In this document: positions 11,247 to 21,370 of the stretch, piece by piece | Numbering within the stretch: the stretch's first letter is position 1 | How the letters are laid out: each line of letters starts with the position of its first letter | From: Limnothrix sp. BL-A-16 | Lineage (GTDB): Bacteria; Cyanobacteriota; Cyanobacteriia; CACIAM-69d | Direction: 5' to 3' | Assembly: GCA_041937175.2 (NCBI GenBank) | Contig: CP166615.1 | Coordinates: 4,384,001-4,448,000 of the forward strand | Length of the DNA: 64,000 bases | The notes under the pieces: generated by a model | Seen by the model: only the letters and a program-made list of their open reading frames with translations | Database searches by the model: none | What the model was told of the DNA's origin: nothing | Position numbers and translations under genes: made by a program

Positions 11247-12971
11247 ATGATTCAGCCCGATCTGATCCCGATCCCACTGGAATTGCCGCCAGAGCAAAGA
11301 TTGCTCCCGGTTAATGACTTAAGCTTCCTGAAGAACCGAATCGTTTTGGTGTTGTACGAGGTTTCTCGGCTGACCCTCAAGTACTCCCTCAAGAATGCGA
11401 TGGGTGCAGCCAACCTCAAAGCAGAGCTGGCTCGGGATATTCGGTTCTCCATCGAAAAGCTGGGGGGATTGCTGATTAAGGTGGGTCAGCTCCTGTCGCT
11501 TCGTCTGGATCTCTTCCCCGCCGAAATTTGCCAAGAACTCTCCAAGCTTCAGGATCGATCCTATGGGTTTTCCCTGGACTATGTTCGGCAAATTATCCAA
11601 GAGGAATTAGGTCTCCCTCTGGAAAGGATATTCGTTGAGTTTGAAGAGCGGCCCTTTGCGGCTGCGTCAATCTCGCAAGTCCACAGGGCCCGAATCCCGT
11701 CCTTTCCTGGTGTGGTTGCCGTTAAGGTTCAGCGCCCAGATGTCGAAGAAAAGTTTAGCCAAGATCTACAGCTCATCCGCTTCCTGCTCTCCCTCATCAA
11801 AAAGCTGAAGCTACAGAGCTATGTGGATTGGGACAGCATCAGCCTAGAGCTGGATCAAATGATTCAGGAGGAAATTGATTATCGCTACGAAGCATCCAAT
11901 CTAGAGCAGATGGCAGCAACGCTCAGGGAACATAACATCTATGTTCCTGCTTTGATTGCTGACTACAGCACCAAAAAAGTCCTGACCACGGAATATATTC
12001 CCGGCATTTTGATGTCAGATTATATCCGCGCCGCCAGCACTGATCCCGAATATCTAGAAAAGATTCTTCGACTCAATAATATTGACCCGGAGTTGGTGGG
12101 CAAGCGTCTTTTTGAAAGTTTCTTCCGTCAAATGCTGGAAGATAACCTATTCCATGGGGACTTGCATCCTGGCAACATCATGCTGCTGCGGGATAGTCAC
12201 ATTTGCCTCATTGATTTGGGGGCGATCGGCAGTCTCGATTCCCACTTTCTGCGCTACTACCGGCGCAGTATGCAGGCCCTTGGAGAACGGGACTACGATC
12301 GAGCACTGGATTACAGTTTGATGTTGTGCGATTCCCTACCCGCAGGAGACATTGAAAACGTCAAAACGCAGCTCACCCAGTGCTATCGTCAGTGGGATGC
12401 CAAAATGAACATCCGCAGTCTTTCATACAATGAGAAGTCGATCGGCTCGATCGGTGTTCAAATTGGAACAGTCATGCGCAAGAACCGCATTTCCTCCAGT
12501 TGGCAATTGCTGCGAGTCTTCCGCACCTGGGGATTGATGGATGCTTCCTTGAACTATCTAATTCCCAACGCAGATTACATGAGTCTCGTTGGCGGATATT
12601 TTCGAGGTGCCGTTAAGCGCAGTCAGCTTCAGCTTAAGCAACTTGGCATCAATGGCATTGTGATGCAACTCACAGAAAAAGTTGCCGAACTTTCCGATCT
12701 GACAACGATCGAGCTTCGTAGTAAAGCAGTTCGCAAAAAAACAGTTGTTGATCAGAAAACCTCGTCAAAGCTCGCTGACAAAGCTAAAAAACTAATCTGG
12801 CTAGCGATCATCGTTCTGGCTTGGGTTTTCCTGCACCAACACCTCGAAATAGCCGTGAACTGGCTACCACCTAATCAATACTCGGCTTGGGCTGAAAGCA
12901 TCCCAGATCTCGCTATTGAAGTTTGGGTTGGGATCCTAATCTTCTGGGTCTACCTACTCAAAATTCTCTAG
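11247..12971 (+). CDS. ABC1/AarF/UbiB-family atypical kinase with C-terminal transmembrane helices
   Basis: IKVGQLLSLR (KxGQ), AAASISQVHRA (A-rich loop), VAVKVQRP, EIDYRYEA, FHGDLHPGNI, IDLG, and a hydrophobic C-terminus. Probable ATG 11247. Confidence 0.92.
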   Translation: MIQPDLIPIPLELPPEQRLLPVNDLSFLKNRIVLVLYEVSRLTLKYSLKNAMGAANLKAELARDIRFSIEKLGGLLIKVGQLLSLRLDLFPAEICQELSKLQDRSYGFSLDYVRQIIQEELGLPLERIFVEFEERPFAAASISQVHRARIPSFPGVVAVKVQRPDVEEKFSQDLQLIRFLLSLIKKLKLQSYVDWDSISLELDQMIQEEIDYRYEASNLEQMAATLREHNIYVPALIADYSTKKVLTTEYIPGILMSDYIRAASTDPEYLEKILRLNNIDPELVGKRLFESFFRQMLEDNLFHGDLHPGNIMLLRDSHICLIDLGAIGSLDSHFLRYYRRSMQALGERDYDRALDYSLMLCDSLPAGDIENVKTQLTQCYRQWDAKMNIRSLSYNEKSIGSIGVQIGTVMRKNRISSSWQLLRVFRTWGLMDASLNYLIPNADYMSLVGGYFRGAVKRSQLQLKQLGINGIVMQLTEKVAELSDLTTIELRSKAVRKKTVVDQKTSSKLADKAKKLIWLAIIVLAWVFLHQHLEIAVNWLPPNQYSAWAESIPDLAIEVWVGILIFWVYLLKIL

Positions 12972-13211
12972 TTTTGATGACATTTTTTCTTGGAGGTCAA
13001 TCCGATTCATGTAGAATATTAAGAAAGTCGAACATGCTTATTCGGCTATCAGGAAATATTCTAAAATTCGCGAGAGATGGTTGTTTTGTGAATTAAATTC
13101 AGGTCAGCATTAATACTTCAGTATTTAACACTCCAGTATTAATGAGCATGTCTGTTTTTATTCAATAGTTTGGTTTGGAAATGACACCAATCATCCAAGG
13201 TTCTAATCGCC

Positions 13212-14150
13212 ATGACTTCAGTACTGCATTTTGATGGTCAGTCGAATTACATCCGAATTCCCCATCAAGAGTCTCTCTCCCCCGTTAATAACTTCACCTT
13301 CGAAGCTTGGCTGAACGCTGGGCAAATTGGCGGTTACCTACGCTTATTCTCTAAATTTCCAGGCTTTGGCTTTGGCCTCATCAACGAAGCACTACTTTTT
13401 ACGGAATATTGGATTGTTGACTATGCAGCCCCCGTCGCGATCGAAGCGGGCACTTGGTATCACGTCGCCATCGTCTTCAACGCTGACAACGATGTGCTCT
13501 TCTATCTCGATGGAGAGCTAATCCAGACCATCCTAGGCGACACCCCCGCCTCCGCCACCCAAAGCCCCCTCGAAATTGGCCGCAAAGCAGAGGGCCACGG
13601 CGAATATTTCCAAGGCGATTTGACCGAAGTTCGGTTCTGGGGCACTGCTCGCACTCAAGAGCAAATCCAAGCCTATAAGTCCTATCGATTGCTCGGATCT
13701 GAGGAAAATCTATTGGGCTATTGGCCTTTAAACGAAGGCAGCGGAGATGTCATCCACGACAAGAGCACCGCTGCTAACCACGGCACTTTGCAAGGCTCCC
13801 CCATTTGGAAGAGTGCTGCACTGGAACTCCCAGAAATTCTTCCTCACATCCCGCTGCCCGCTGAGGTTCAAGAAGCCGAAGCCGCTGCCGCCGAAGCCGC
13901 TGCCGCAACCGACACCATCCCTAGCCCTGGTTCCTTCCCCATCATTGTTGAACTGGAATCCGATGAAGCAACGCCCGATCGGTGCTTCGAAGAGTTGCTG
14001 ACCAAAGGAAATGGTGTGATTTACAACGGAGTCACCCAAACCCTCGTCGCCATGCGGGAGCAAGGACAAATCACCAAAGCAACAACCCCCGTTTTTGTCA
14101 TTATTCGGCGCACTCCTGAAGCCAAGAGCCTACTGCCATTTTCTCTGTAG
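13212..14150 (+). CDS. LamG/concanavalin-A-like jelly-roll domain, Ala/Glu linker, and a C-terminal copy of the 68-aa domain
   Basis: LHFDGQSNYI, FTFEAWL, WYHVAIVF, FYLDG, YFQGDLTEVRFWGTART, LLGYWPLNEGSG...DKS...NHGTL form the typical cyanobacterial LamG signature. Confidence 0.88.
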   Translation: MTSVLHFDGQSNYIRIPHQESLSPVNNFTFEAWLNAGQIGGYLRLFSKFPGFGFGLINEALLFTEYWIVDYAAPVAIEAGTWYHVAIVFNADNDVLFYLDGELIQTILGDTPASATQSPLEIGRKAEGHGEYFQGDLTEVRFWGTARTQEQIQAYKSYRLLGSEENLLGYWPLNEGSGDVIHDKSTAANHGTLQGSPIWKSAALELPEILPHIPLPAEVQEAEAAAAEAAAATDTIPSPGSFPIIVELESDEATPDRCFEELLTKGNGVIYNGVTQTLVAMREQGQITKATTPVFVIIRRTPEAKSLLPFSL

Positions 14151-14316
14151 CATCCCCGAGAGCCAAGGCTAGTTGTCCAAGCCAAGGGTTGGAAAATTCA
14201 ACAACCCTGAGCCTAAGCTTCTATGCCCCTCACCGCCTCGCCTCAGAGCGTTTCAGAACGAGTTTCACAGGTCAATCAATTCTAGTTACGAGTTCTAGTT
14301 ACAAGGAGTTTGATTC

Positions 14317-15213
14317 ATGAGCAGCGGTAACTACAAAAACCTGGCACTGCAAGCAGGAGGCGTGTTAGGAACAGCCTACGTAGGGGTTGTGCAAGCCCTG
14401 AGTGAGCGCGGTCTTCTCTCCAAATTTGAGCGAGTTGCCGGGGCCTCCGCAGGAGCCATTATGGGAACCTTAATTGCCCTGAGGTTCTCGGCAGCAGAGA
14501 TCGAAGAAATTATGGTGAACCTGAACCTATCAGAGTTCACCGATCCCACCAGCCCGATTAATCTCGTCCAGAATTATGGTTACTACGCCGGGGATGTTTT
14601 CTATAAGTGGATTCAAGACATCATCGCGCGCAAACTAACAACAACCGCCACCTTTGCAGATCTCGTAGATGCTGGATTTGCCGATCTGTATATCTTCGGC
14701 ACAGACTTGACCGCTCGAGGATTGCGGGAGTTTTCCTGCCGCTCCACTCCTGACGCACAAGTTGCGGGCGCAGTGCGCGCTTCCATGTCTATTCCCTTCT
14801 TTTTCCAAGCTTGGCAATTTCCTGGTGGCATTCCCGATAACCACTACTATGTCGATGGTGGCTTGATCTTGCCCTACCCCCTGTGGACATTTGATTATCC
14901 GCCCTTCATCAGCGAAGATGGCTACAACGAAGAAACCTTGGGCGTGAGCTTAAGAACCGGCTTCAGCCCCTCCGGTCTAGAAAAAAGCTTTGACCTGAAG
15001 GAGTATTTTGAAAGCCTATTTGAGGCTGCATCCTCCATCCGAATCAGCTCTAGGAACCAAGAGCGGACGATCACCGTTGACACCTTGAATCTCTCGCCCA
15101 CTGATTTCAACATGAGCGACGAGAATAAGATGCGGCTAGTGAAAAGTGGTTATGATGCCACCGTAGAATTCTTCAAACTCAAGGATGAACTGGCAGTGCT
15201 CTCTGCTGCTTAA
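14317..15213 (+). CDS. Patatin-like phospholipase/esterase
   Basis: Oxyanion motif AGGVLG, nucleophile GASAG, ASMSIPFFF and catalytic DGG. RBS AAGGAG upstream. Confidence 0.92.
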   Translation: MSSGNYKNLALQAGGVLGTAYVGVVQALSERGLLSKFERVAGASAGAIMGTLIALRFSAAEIEEIMVNLNLSEFTDPTSPINLVQNYGYYAGDVFYKWIQDIIARKLTTTATFADLVDAGFADLYIFGTDLTARGLREFSCRSTPDAQVAGAVRASMSIPFFFQAWQFPGGIPDNHYYVDGGLILPYPLWTFDYPPFISEDGYNEETLGVSLRTGFSPSGLEKSFDLKEYFESLFEAASSIRISSRNQERTITVDTLNLSPTDFNMSDENKMRLVKSGYDATVEFFKLKDELAVLSAA

Positions 15214-15403
15214 GTGAGTGATGAATTCATGGGAGCAATGTCATTTCCCCATCTAAATTGGTCATGATATCGCGTTGACTAACTTGGGTATCTGTTCCCA
15301 ATCTGACAAGCATAATCAGTGCTAGCAAAGGCACTTTATGCAAAATTTTCTTAATTGGTCAGTTAGCTTCTCTCTGTCCTGCCACAAAGGGATGATTGCT
15401 CCC

Positions 15404-16678
15404 ATGAAATTTGGAATTGTCTGCCCACCTGTTCCAGGACATCTCTACGGGATGATGACCATTGGGCGGGAGCTAGAAAGGCGTGGGCACTCCGTTTACT
15501 TATTAGGAATCGGAGATGTTGAACCCTACGCTCGAAAGGGAGGGGTTGGTTTTGTTGAAATTGGAAAAGAGGAGTTTCCACCTGGAGCCTTAGACCAATA
15601 CCTCGACCTCATTCGTAATGTGACAATTTCCACAATTCGTAAGGGCGTTGCCTGGGCAGAGGTCATGTGTCAAGCCCTCTGCCGTGACGGGGCAACGGCT
15701 GCTCGTGAACTTGGTTTAGATGGTCTGTTGGTCGATCAAAGCCAAACGGAGGGAAAGACCATTTCCGACTTAACAGGGATTCCCTTCCTATCCATTTGCA
15801 ATGCTCTCAATCTGGAGGGCGATGCTTCTGGTGAGGCTCCGCCGCCCTTTGTTTCTTGGTATCCTGCACAAGGAAAAGCCCTATTTCGCCTCAGAAACCG
15901 TCTGGGCAATTGGGCTTTTTCTGCTGTTTTGAATCCCATCATCGCCACCACTAATAAGCTCAGAAAAGCTCACAGTTTGCCGTTACTTCAAAATTGGGAA
16001 AATTGTATTTCGCCCTTGGGTGTCATTAGTAATTTTCCATCGAAGCTAGATTTTTCCAGGGGCTTGAATCAGCGTCCCATTTTTTATACGGGGCCCTACC
16101 TGGATGAGCGGCCTAATGATGTGGCCTTTGATTGGAGCCTGTTAGATGGACGGCCTTTGGTCTATGCATCCATGGGCACGTTGCACACAGCTAAAAAGGA
16201 GATTTTGAGCGCCATTGTGGCTGCCTGCTCCACATTGCCTGTGCAGTTGGTTCTGAGTTTGGGGCAATGGACTTTGGAACAAGCTGATCAGTCTTTTCCT
16301 GCTGGCACGATCGCCGTACCCTATGCGCCTCAGCTTGCTCTGCTCCGGCGAGCATCCTTGGCAATCACGCATGGGGGTGCGAATACGGTTTTGGAAGCGC
16401 TTTCTTTTGGCTGTCCCTTGATTACGATTCCGCTGGCTAGCGATCAGCCTGCTGTTTCTGCTCGTGTCACTTGGGCGGGTGCAGGGACAACCATCGCTCA
16501 AAAGCAAGTGGATGCAGTACGGCTACGTCAATTGATTGTTCAGGTTTTGGAGAACCCCGATTTCAAAAATTGTGCTGGAGTTATGAAGACAGAAATTGAG
16601 AATTCCGGAGGTGTGAAAGCAGCGGTCAATGTAATTGAATCAGTCTTTAGTTCTGCTACTATTTCTGCTGCCCGTTAG
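15404..16678 (+). CDS. GT1-family (MGT/UDP-glycosyltransferase) glycosyltransferase
   Basis: N-terminal PPVPGH, VYASMGT, and the C-terminal signature PYAPQLALL...ITHGGANTVLEAL...IPLASDQP. Start may be 15338, 15392 or 15404. Confidence 0.92.
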   Translation: MKFGIVCPPVPGHLYGMMTIGRELERRGHSVYLLGIGDVEPYARKGGVGFVEIGKEEFPPGALDQYLDLIRNVTISTIRKGVAWAEVMCQALCRDGATAARELGLDGLLVDQSQTEGKTISDLTGIPFLSICNALNLEGDASGEAPPPFVSWYPAQGKALFRLRNRLGNWAFSAVLNPIIATTNKLRKAHSLPLLQNWENCISPLGVISNFPSKLDFSRGLNQRPIFYTGPYLDERPNDVAFDWSLLDGRPLVYASMGTLHTAKKEILSAIVAACSTLPVQLVLSLGQWTLEQADQSFPAGTIAVPYAPQLALLRRASLAITHGGANTVLEALSFGCPLITIPLASDQPAVSARVTWAGAGTTIAQKQVDAVRLRQLIVQVLENPDFKNCAGVMKTEIENSGGVKAAVNVIESVFSSATISAAR

Positions 16679-17271
16679 GCAATAAAAATCTGAAATAATT
16701 GAAACAATAAACAAAATTGATCAATAAAAAGCAACTAAATTAAACCAAATTCAAGCTCAAATTACAGTCATGCCGTAATTCAATATTAGTAATTCAATAT
16801 TGATGAACTAGCGAAAGTCTTGCAATGTCAGCAATTAGTCACCACAAATCATTACCTCATAAATATAGCCTTTACCTCAAACGATTGGTACGTCAGATCG
16901 CAGATGATTACGAAGCTGTTAGTCGGTGGGTATTGCTCACCCTACAGTTCGCTGTACTTATTAAGTGAGGTAAGGACTGTATCACCTAAATTGTTTTGTT
17001 GATTATTTCAATATTATTTTTCAAGTATGATTTGAAAATTTCCATATCTACTCAATTAAATTTTTCGCCACGGGGTTGTGCTCAAAGTGCCCTGCTCAAA
17101 CTTCATTGCTAGGAAATTGTTGTTTAAAAAAGGACGATTTTTTGGCAACTGAAATTGATTTCTGCGTTTTTAAGAAATGATTTTTAAAAATCTACTTGAT
17201 ATTCTGATTTGGCTTGACATTTAATGAGGATATAAATTAATCTGGATGAGGATTGAGTTTGATTTTGAGGA

Positions 17272-17589
17272 ATGCCAGAAGCCATGCGAACTCCCATTCA
17301 GGTTGGATCAGAAATCAAGCGAATCATCACATTTGAGGTTAACTCAATTGGTGAAGCCATGCCGGTTGTGATTTATAAAAAGAAGGTCGTTGACCCTGCT
17401 GCCCAACCAGGTGCGATCGAGGTTGCTCCAGTTTCTGCTAAGGGAATTTTGGAAAAGATTGTCGATTCGCAAATTCAGGCTGCCAGTGAGTTCAAAGTTC
17501 TCAATGAGCAATCAGGGGAGAAGTGGCTTAAAGACCTGGCCAAGAACATCTCACTCGCCATTGTTAAAGGCGGAGATGCACTTGCTTAA
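17272..17589 (+). CDS. Hypothetical ~105-aa protein
   Basis: GAGGA directly upstream of ATG 17272 (alternative ATG 17284), protein-like composition, and a strong hairpin after the stop. It is an isolated ORF in an AT-rich stretch. Confidence 0.7.
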   Translation: MPEAMRTPIQVGSEIKRIITFEVNSIGEAMPVVIYKKKVVDPAAQPGAIEVAPVSAKGILEKIVDSQIQAASEFKVLNEQSGEKWLKDLAKNISLAIVKGGDALA

Positions 17590-17611
17590 ATGGCGAGTTT
17601 TTCAGTCGGAC

Positions 17612-17648
17612 TAAACAAGGATGCTGGCTTGTTTGGCATCCTTGTTTA
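17612..17648. terminator. Inverted repeat / probable terminator
   Basis: TAAACAAGGATGC-11 nt-GCATCCTTGTTTA, a perfect 13-bp stem 22 bp after the stop codon. Confidence 0.7.
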
Positions 17649-17929
17649 ATTATGATCTCAATCTGCAAAAAGTTCAAATCGGTGAAAACTTAGACATCAT
17701 ACTAAATATCATCAACTTTTTTGCCTTGAGTATAGAGTTCCTCTGAGAGATTTTAATTGAAAGCTTTTAATAGAAGGCTTTTGATTGAAAGCTTTCTTCA
17801 GAAATTGATGATATCTTTGTCGAGAATTTTTCAAAAAGATTGTCGAAAAATTGTTTATCAACAAACACTAAAAATTTCCAGGGCCAACAGTAGCTATAAT
17901 TTGCCCTTGAAGCGATAAAGGATAAAAGC

Positions 17930-19228
17930 ATGTTTTCGTCTTCAGAATTTCCTGCTTCAGCGCAAGATAAAATTCAATACATCAGTTTGGCAACTTGCAA
18001 TGGCATTATCCAATGCATTTTTGCGCTAGATAGTTGTCTTAATGAGGAGCTTTTTTTCAAGAGCTTTGACTTGGTTTTAGAGTCAGAAGTGATTCTGCAA
18101 TGCCAGTGGGTAAACAATAGCGTATCACCCTACTGGTCGTTACCTGAAGAAAAACACAAAGACCGATTTAAACTACTTCAAGTGGTTGATGTGCAACAGG
18201 CGGTTGAAGAGTTTATATCTTGTTCGATCGATCCAACAACAGATAGTTTAGTTCAATTGAGAATTTTTCGACATCAAGACGAAAACGCGTTTCAAGATAC
18301 GTTTTGCCTCAAGATGTCACACATTGTTTCTGATCTCAGTGGACTCCGGTTTTTTCTTCAGTCCCTTGCTGAAACTTACGGGGTACTGCAAACCGGCCAA
18401 GAATGTGCCCCGAGTCCTGTGACCATTCGGCGCGATGGATGGCAAGTTTTTAGCAAGCTACCTCCAAAAAAAAGATGGCAATTGCTGCAAAAGGGTAAGA
18501 AAAACTTCTTAAAGCCAGGGCAATGGAAAATCCCATTTGATAACTATAATTACGAGGCTCCGACTTATACCACCTACCAATTGGGTCAGGAACAAATTGA
18601 AAGGCTGACTGAGTATGCCAAAGGGCGCGGGGCTACCTTGAATCAAGTTATGTTGACAGGTTTTTTGCGTGCCCTGCATCGATTCACGGACGCAGAACCC
18701 GATTCGTCGCTTCCGATTATCAACACCCTCGACCTTCGCCATTATCTCCGGCATGGGGATCTGCCTAAAATTTGCAATCTTTCGGTTCCGTTAGTTTCCA
18801 ACATTGATTTCAATCGAAAAGACTCTTTTGAAGACACATTATCTGGAATCAAATCAGATCTCATGAGTCAAAAAAGAACAATGCCTGGCATTTTGCCAGC
18901 AGTTTCGATGGAAGTTTTATTTCTTGCTCCGTTTTCGTGGATTAGTTGGTTATTTAATCAGGCATTTTCTCAGTTTGCTGAATCAGGAATTTGCACACCC
19001 TTATTTTCAGATGGTGGCAATGCTGACATCAGTATTCCAGGGCATCAAGTGGTTTATGCCTACGGTTTGGGGCCCATTGCTTATGCTCCAGCTTTTATGA
19101 TGACGGCTTCTACCTTTAGAAGTACTGTCACGTTTGCTGTGGGCTTCTGCGAATCTTCCATTAGTCGCAGTAATATGAACAAAATATTTGACTTGATGGC
19201 GGAGGAGTTTGCAAGCTGCACTGTCTGA
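17930..19228 (+). CDS. Stand-alone condensation-domain / CoA-dependent O-acyltransferase-like protein
   Basis: Active-site-like LKMSHIVSDLSG (HxxxD) preceded by LVQLRIF, plus GATLNQVML, TLDLRHYL and ICNLS. This is the pattern of the C-domain/PapA5/AATase superfamily. Confidence 0.75.
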   Translation: MFSSSEFPASAQDKIQYISLATCNGIIQCIFALDSCLNEELFFKSFDLVLESEVILQCQWVNNSVSPYWSLPEEKHKDRFKLLQVVDVQQAVEEFISCSIDPTTDSLVQLRIFRHQDENAFQDTFCLKMSHIVSDLSGLRFFLQSLAETYGVLQTGQECAPSPVTIRRDGWQVFSKLPPKKRWQLLQKGKKNFLKPGQWKIPFDNYNYEAPTYTTYQLGQEQIERLTEYAKGRGATLNQVMLTGFLRALHRFTDAEPDSSLPIINTLDLRHYLRHGDLPKICNLSVPLVSNIDFNRKDSFEDTLSGIKSDLMSQKRTMPGILPAVSMEVLFLAPFSWISWLFNQAFSQFAESGICTPLFSDGGNADISIPGHQVVYAYGLGPIAYAPAFMMTASTFRSTVTFAVGFCESSISRSNMNKIFDLMAEEFASCTV

Positions 19229-19453
19229 TTTAAACCTTTAATTTCAAGAGTTGGAATTTTTGAATTAGAGCTGTTAATGATTAGCTTGGGTCTTAATTTT
19301 ATGAATTTGACAAAATAAGAATTGTTGAGCTTTTTTAGATTCCTAATTTTAGAAATCTGTCGCTACGGACTTGTTTCTCAGATTGCTGAACTTGCTTCGT
19401 TGAACTTCCTCCATGTTACCTAAACGTCCTGATTGGCACACTGAAGGAGCGGC

Positions 19454-20326
19454 ATGATGAATTTAAATGTTGTTCTCTTTCCGGGTCAAGGATCCCAATT
19501 TTGTGGAATGGGGAGTGAACTATTTCCTCATTATCCGCAGCTTTTGCAGCAGGCAGACAATGTTCTTGGCTTTTCAGTGAAAGAGTTGTGCTTGCATGAT
19601 CCCAATGGTGATTTGAGCCGGACGGAATTTACCCAAATTGCCTTATTTGTTGTGAATGCATTGGCTTGGCAGTTCCATATTGATTCGGGTGAATTTTGGC
19701 CTAGCGCGGCTTGCGGGCATTCTTTGGGCGAATATAATGCATTATTTGCAGCGGGAGTGTTTGATTTTGAAACGGGGCTAAATTTAATTCGATATCGAGG
19801 GCAATTGATGGGCCGTCAGCAGGGCGGTGGCATGGCGGCAGTGATTGGCAGCAATGCGGAGAAAATTCGCAAAATTCTAGATGATTTTGCATTTGATACA
19901 GTTGATATTGCGAACTATAATTCGCCTCGGCAAGTGGTCATTTCAGGGCCCAAGCGCGATATTGATGATTTGGCGGCTGTGTTTGAGGAAATCCCAGACA
20001 CGAGATATGTGGTGTTGAATGTTAGCGGGGCTTTTCACTCGCGTTACATGCAAGAAGCGGCGCGGGAGTTTGGAGAATTTATCCGAACCATGAATTTTCG
20101 TGCTCCGCGATTTTCGGTGATTGCTAACACTTCAGCGCAGCCGTATACGCTGGAGAATGTGGTTGAGAATTTAACGCAACAAATTGCAAGTCCGGTGCGC
20201 TGGACAGAGACGATCGCCCATTTGTGCGATCGGGGAAAATGCACGTTTCAAGAATTAGGAGTGGGCAACACACTAACCCGATTGCTATATCAAATCTCTC
20301 CAGATTTGGTTCCCGAAAAGGTTTAA
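19454..20326 (+). CDS. Trans-acting malonyl-CoA:ACP acyltransferase (PksC/BaeC-like)
   Basis: FPGQGSQ, TQIALF, GHSLGEY, conserved Arg in RYRG, ANYNSPRQVVISG and malonyl-type GAFHSRYM. RBS AAGGAG. Confidence 0.93.
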   Translation: MMNLNVVLFPGQGSQFCGMGSELFPHYPQLLQQADNVLGFSVKELCLHDPNGDLSRTEFTQIALFVVNALAWQFHIDSGEFWPSAACGHSLGEYNALFAAGVFDFETGLNLIRYRGQLMGRQQGGGMAAVIGSNAEKIRKILDDFAFDTVDIANYNSPRQVVISGPKRDIDDLAAVFEEIPDTRYVVLNVSGAFHSRYMQEAAREFGEFIRTMNFRAPRFSVIANTSAQPYTLENVVENLTQQIASPVRWTETIAHLCDRGKCTFQELGVGNTLTRLLYQISPDLVPEKV

Positions 20327-20380
20327 GAGAAATTTAAAAGCGCAAGTTGCAAGCTCAGTTGAAGACTAGGAGTTGAAGCC

Positions 20381-21370
20381 ATGGCTGCGAAGGTTGTCTT
20401 CATGTTTCCTGGTCAGGGATCGCAGTATATGGAAATGGGACAGGAGCTATATCGCTGTAATCCTGTTTTCCAGAACTGCATGAATGAATTTTCTGAAGCA
20501 GCGTTGCCGCTTTTGGGCATTCATTTGGCCGCTGAGCTGTTTGCTGACTCGCAAACGGCGCTGACAGAAGATTCAAAACTACTTTTGTATACGCGATACA
20601 GTAATCCGCTGCTATTTACGTTTAACTATGCGGTGGCAGCGACGATCGAGTCGATGGGTGTTATTCCTGACTTGGTTTTGGGATATAGCCTCGGAGAGTT
20701 GACGGCAGCAGCCTACAGCGGTGTGGTGGATCGCTTTCAATTGCTGGTTACTTTAATTCGCGCGTCCTTCGCCTTTGAATCCTACACACCGGTTGGGGGA
20801 ATGCTAGCCATTTTGGATGGGTTAAATCTCTGGCATCAACATCCCGATTGGTTTCAAGATACTGCTTTGGCTAGTATTAATTGCAGCCAAAGTTTTGTGG
20901 TCAGTGGTCGATCGAGCAGCCTCGATCGGCTAGAGCAAATTTTGCAGAGTCAATCGGTGTTGTTTCAGCGCTTGCCGGTGATCCAAGCATTTCATTCCCC
21001 TTGGATTGATTCAGCCCAAGAGATTATTTCTCGAGAATTCGATCGCTTACCCCAGCTCCAAACCGGTCGCTTTTGGCGTTATGGGTGTGGCGATCGCGCT
21101 GATGATCCGCAACCAGCTCAGTCGGTGCGTACTTTCTGGGAGGCATTCCGTAATCCCATTAACTTTGAAAAGGCGTTGCGAGGCTTGGAATCAATGGGAA
21201 CCAATCTTTATCTAGATGTGGGATCAAATGGCACTTTGGCTGGGTTTGTGCGGGTAATTTTGAACTCATCTTCTCCCTCAAAAGGTGTTGCAGTGATGGA
21301 TCGCTTTGGACAAAATGTGCAATCGCTTGAGCGAGCCATAAATTTAGCGAAAAAATGGCATTCAGATTAA
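20381..21370 (+). CDS. AT-like acyl hydrolase (proofreading; PedC/PksD/BaeD-like)
   Basis: FMFPGQGSQY, GYSLGE and AFHSPWID, but it lacks the malonyl-binding Arg context. It sits next to the true AT, as in trans-AT clusters. Confidence 0.75.
   Translation: MAAKVVFMFPGQGSQYMEMGQELYRCNPVFQNCMNEFSEAALPLLGIHLAAELFADSQTALTEDSKLLLYTRYSNPLLFTFNYAVAATIESMGVIPDLVLGYSLGELTAAAYSGVVDRFQLLVTLIRASFAFESYTPVGGMLAILDGLNLWHQHPDWFQDTALASINCSQSFVVSGRSSSLDRLEQILQSQSVLFQRLPVIQAFHSPWIDSAQEIISREFDRLPQLQTGRFWRYGCGDRADDPQPAQSVRTFWEAFRNPINFEKALRGLESMGTNLYLDVGSNGTLAGFVRVILNSSSPSKGVAVMDRFGQNVQSLERAINLAKKWHSD

Noticed and set aside
14317..15213. Patatin as a CBASS/CapV or other defence effector next to the CRISPR array
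   Set aside because: No CD-NTase, cas or other defence genes are present, and it is co-oriented within the PKS accessory block.
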